From contig OZ287068.1 of assembly GCA_965645245.1 (NCBI GenBank), positions 2,294,001 to 2,358,000 of the forward strand: a stretch of DNA of 64,000 nucleotides. The letters run 5' to 3'. Positions 60,834-64,000 of the stretch are shown here, piece by piece. The notes beneath the pieces were generated by a model. It was not told where the DNA came from. It searched no databases and saw only the letters and a program-made list of their open reading frames with translations. Both the position numbers and the translations under genes were made by a program. Numbering within the stretch: position 1 is the first letter of the stretch; each line of letters starts with the position of its first letter. This stretch comes from Massalongia carnosa. Its lineage: Eukaryota.

Positions 60834-62555
60834 ATGGAAGCGGAAACGCTTGCAGGATTGGAATCATCCGCTGCGCTTGTCGCCAAACTACAATATGCCG
60901 ATCTTCAGGAACTCAGAGACAGCCCCTTCAATGAGACTAGGGGCATAGATATTTCGGACTTTGAAATAGCTGTGCAATTATACGAAGCTGAGCTTGCTAC
61001 GTGGGAGACTACGCTTTCCGATCAGAGTTTTGCCCGCAGCATGGCTCGAGCTGTGTTGGAAGATACACGCGTTCTCCAAGATATGATTGTAGAGGAAGAG
61101 GAGGCAGCACGAGATAGGCGCATGGCGTGTGAGATGAGCGGCGTTGCAGTCACCAATCAAGCCGTGGTGCTTAGAAGCCCCGAAGAACCCCCGGCAGAAA
61201 AAAATCTCGCACGGTACGCCTCCTTCAATGTTCCGGAGATCGAGTTGCCAGAATACCTTGACCATTTGGAGCCTGACGGTGATGCTCTCGGGGAAGGGGA
61301 ATCCTCACAAAGGGGCAAGAGAAAAGGCAAAGGCAAAGGCAAAGGGCGGGTTTTGGACAAGAGCGCCTGCGTGGTATGTCACGAGGAGAAGCATTTCTTT
61401 GACATCATGACAGCGCCATGTGGGCATGACTACTGCCGCGCCTGCATAGCAGAGCTCTTCCATCTTGCAACGACGGACGAATCCCTCTTTCCCCCGCGGT
61501 GCTGCCGCCAGGAGATTGAGCTGGACCTGGCCTATCAATTTCTGAACACCGAGCTGTCAACCCGGTTCGCTGAAAAAGCCAAGGAGTTTCGCACGCTGAA
61601 TAGAACATACTGCGTTGCATCTGCTTGCTCCAAATTTTTGCTTCCCACGGAGATAGAAGGTGATGTTGCTACATGCCCTGCATGCTTGGAGCGTACGTGT
61701 ACCGTCTGTAAGAGTGCCGCTCACGACGGCGATTGCCCAAATGACACTGCGCTTCAACAAGTCATACAAGCGGCCACAGATATGGGATGGCAGCGCTGTT
61801 ATTCATGTCGTCGAATGGTCGAACTGGCCCACGGCTGCAACCACATGACGTGAGTTTTCTCTTTTTTGCGCAGTCAAGAGCCTTGATTAACACCTGCGCA
61901 ACGAAGATGCTTGTGCAGGGCCGAATTCTGCTATGTATGCGCGCTAGTATGGAAAAGCTGCGCCTGCGCCACGTGGACGGAAGAACGCCTCTATAACCGC
62001 GCAGTTCAAGTCGCTGCGCGACGCGACATTCAAGAACCTCAGATTCCTGAACCTGTGGCCGAAGCGCCTGCCCCACCACCAGAACCGGCTCCTCTCCAGC
62101 CTCGGCTATTGCGCCGCGTCCTACCGTTGATGCAGCCTAATGTTCTACCAGTGCCTGACTATAACCTAGGCGAGCTTCCTTTGGTTGAAGCTCCTCCAGA
62201 GCAAGCTCCCCCGCCACCAATACAAGCCCAATTTGCACTACGCCCACTTCGTCAAGTCGTGACTCCACCTCCTGAAGCAGCTCTACTTGTGGAAGAGGTC
62301 CCGCTCGTGAATCAATTCCCCTCCAGACCACCCTCTCCAGAGCCAGCATTCGAGATTCCAAACGGCTTAGCATCGAATATCCTCCAAATCATGAACTCGT
62401 TACGCGAGAATCACGTCTGCACGCACGAGCGCTGGCAATACATTGCTGGTCCTCATCAATGCGAGGAATGCTTCCATAACCTGCCTCAATATATCTTCGA
62501 ATGCCGTCAGTGCAATATCCTGGCTTGTTGGAGGTGTAGACGAAATCGGCTGTAG
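60834..62555 (+). CDS. RBR (RING1-IBR-RING2) E3 ubiquitin ligase; intron 61850-61906
   Basis: CVVC..PCGHDYCRAC..DESLFPPRCC, RTYC..C..CPAC..CTVC..H..C and WQRCYSC..GCNHMT|CLCRAEFCYVC, plus a C-terminal Cys cluster. Confidence 0.92.
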
Positions 62556-63388
62556 AAGAAGGGAAGAGGCGGGTTAGGAGGAGAGTATTTCGCATTTACA
62601 TTAATGGTTGTGGGGCTGGGGAGAGTGGAAGGTGAGCTCCTGGGTTTCACTGTGGAGGGAGATATGAACGTAAGGGTGAAGACAACGGCTAGTTCTAGTC
62701 ATTGGTAAGCATTGCTGGAAGAGGAACCGTAAATACTTGACAAGCCCCGCTGAACCACGCATTACTTGTGCTCTGCGATTCTTTACTCATTCACCAACCT
62801 GGAGCGGCCCAACCACCAGTTTGTTTTGCACGGTCTCTCACCCTGGAGCAGCTATGACCATCGTGATATTCTGCACATTTTTGCTTCTCAATGCCTGTCG
62901 GGGCAGTGGAAACCTTTCAGCCCGTTGACAGAAATTGTAGGTCTACGTTCATGGGTATGCACGGTAGATGAAGTATTCGGAGAAGATCTAATATACTACA
63001 AAATTGATCGCTGTCATGCTCTGAGATCGACTTTCTATTTTTTACAGTCTGAATTAGAAAAATCTCCGAAGGTGTCACATGACAGGATGATGGTTTCGCG
63101 TTAAGCCAGCTAATCATCATGTGACTTCACGATCCTTGAGCAGACGCGACCAACATCCCGTGCATTGCCACTTTCGGATCCTGGAATAACATTTGCATAA
63201 GTGAAAATCCCATCATGACATCAGACTCATGTCGTCACCGAGTGTTGACGACTTCCTGGAACTTGGACCCCTCTTTTTTCAATCCATCCTCCAACTATCG
63301 GCTGTGCATACCTGTATGAATTGTATCCCACTTCTATGCTAAGTCCTGCTAACTCTACCAGATCAACTTCCTGCCGCAGTACAAAACA

Positions 63389-64000
63389 ATGCCGCATAAT
63401 ATCTGCATCACCGCAGTCGATGGCCATACTGGCAACGCTATCGCGGAGCTTTTGCTCACCAACCGAGATTTCTCCAAAAACGTCAAAAATGTTATTGGCC
63501 TGGCCCTGAAGCCGAATAGCCCAGACTGCAAGGAGATTGCTAAGCTTGGCGCGAAAATTGTTCACCACAAACCAGGGAGAGTTCGCGAGATGGTTGCCAC
63601 GCTAAAGGACATCGAGGCTGATACGATTTGTGTTATCCCTCCTGTCCACAAGGACAAATACGACATTACGGTGGAGCTGGTCGAGGCGGTGGAGAAGGCC
63701 GGAATCCCCAATGTATGCCTTCTGAGCTCAGCTGGATGTGACTTGGCGGATGGAAAGAAGCAGCCTAGGTTGCGCGAGTTCATCAAGATTGAAGAGCTCG
63801 TGATGCGCGCCAAGGGGGATCCTAAGAGCAAGGGGGGGATGTCTCCTGTTATCATTCGGTAATACAATCCACCATAGGGATAATGCACGTCTACGAATAT
63901 AGCTAATTTGTGATCAGAGCAGGATTCTACGCGGAGAACCTTCTCTTGTATGCTCCTCAGGCACAGCATGACAAAATCCTACCGCTTCCTACTGGCATGC
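63389..64000 (+). CDS. NmrA-like NAD(P)-binding Rossmann-fold protein (3' end outside window); intron from ~63859
   Basis: ICITAVDGHTGNAIAELL, NVCLLSSAGCD and PVIIR|AGFYAENLLLY. Confidence 0.8.

Overview
Intron-containing DNA from a filamentous ascomycete; the species cannot be determined from this window. Apparently intact genes: the 3' part of SEY1, a hotdog-fold thioesterase-like gene, a Pho84-family phosphate transporter, a gene with a HeLo-like N-terminus, an AA9 LPMO, an RBR/IBR E3 ligase and the start of an NmrA-like gene. There are also four secreted-protein genes, three of which end in an 8-Cys hydrophobin-type domain. Decayed genes: BTB, HeLo-like+ankyrin, Mx-like dynamin and a PAN/GLEYA adhesin. 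Mobile elements: three Fot1/pogo, one MULE, two Tc1-like elements, two MITE-like elements and two copies of a short retroelement. Main observations: (1) both short retroelement copies (0.5-0.7 kb) start at or 3 nt before a 72-nt HDV-like ribozyme fold, end in a stem-loop plus A-rich tail, and are flanked by TSDs; (2) a Tc1/IS630-type transposon family, with a MITE, has CACGCGG ends and variable 5-bp TSDs instead of TA; (3) a 264-bp codon-exact inversion lies inside the ankyrin-repeat gene; (4) three divergent hydrophobin-pattern secreted proteins. All calls come from reading the sequence; no searches were run.
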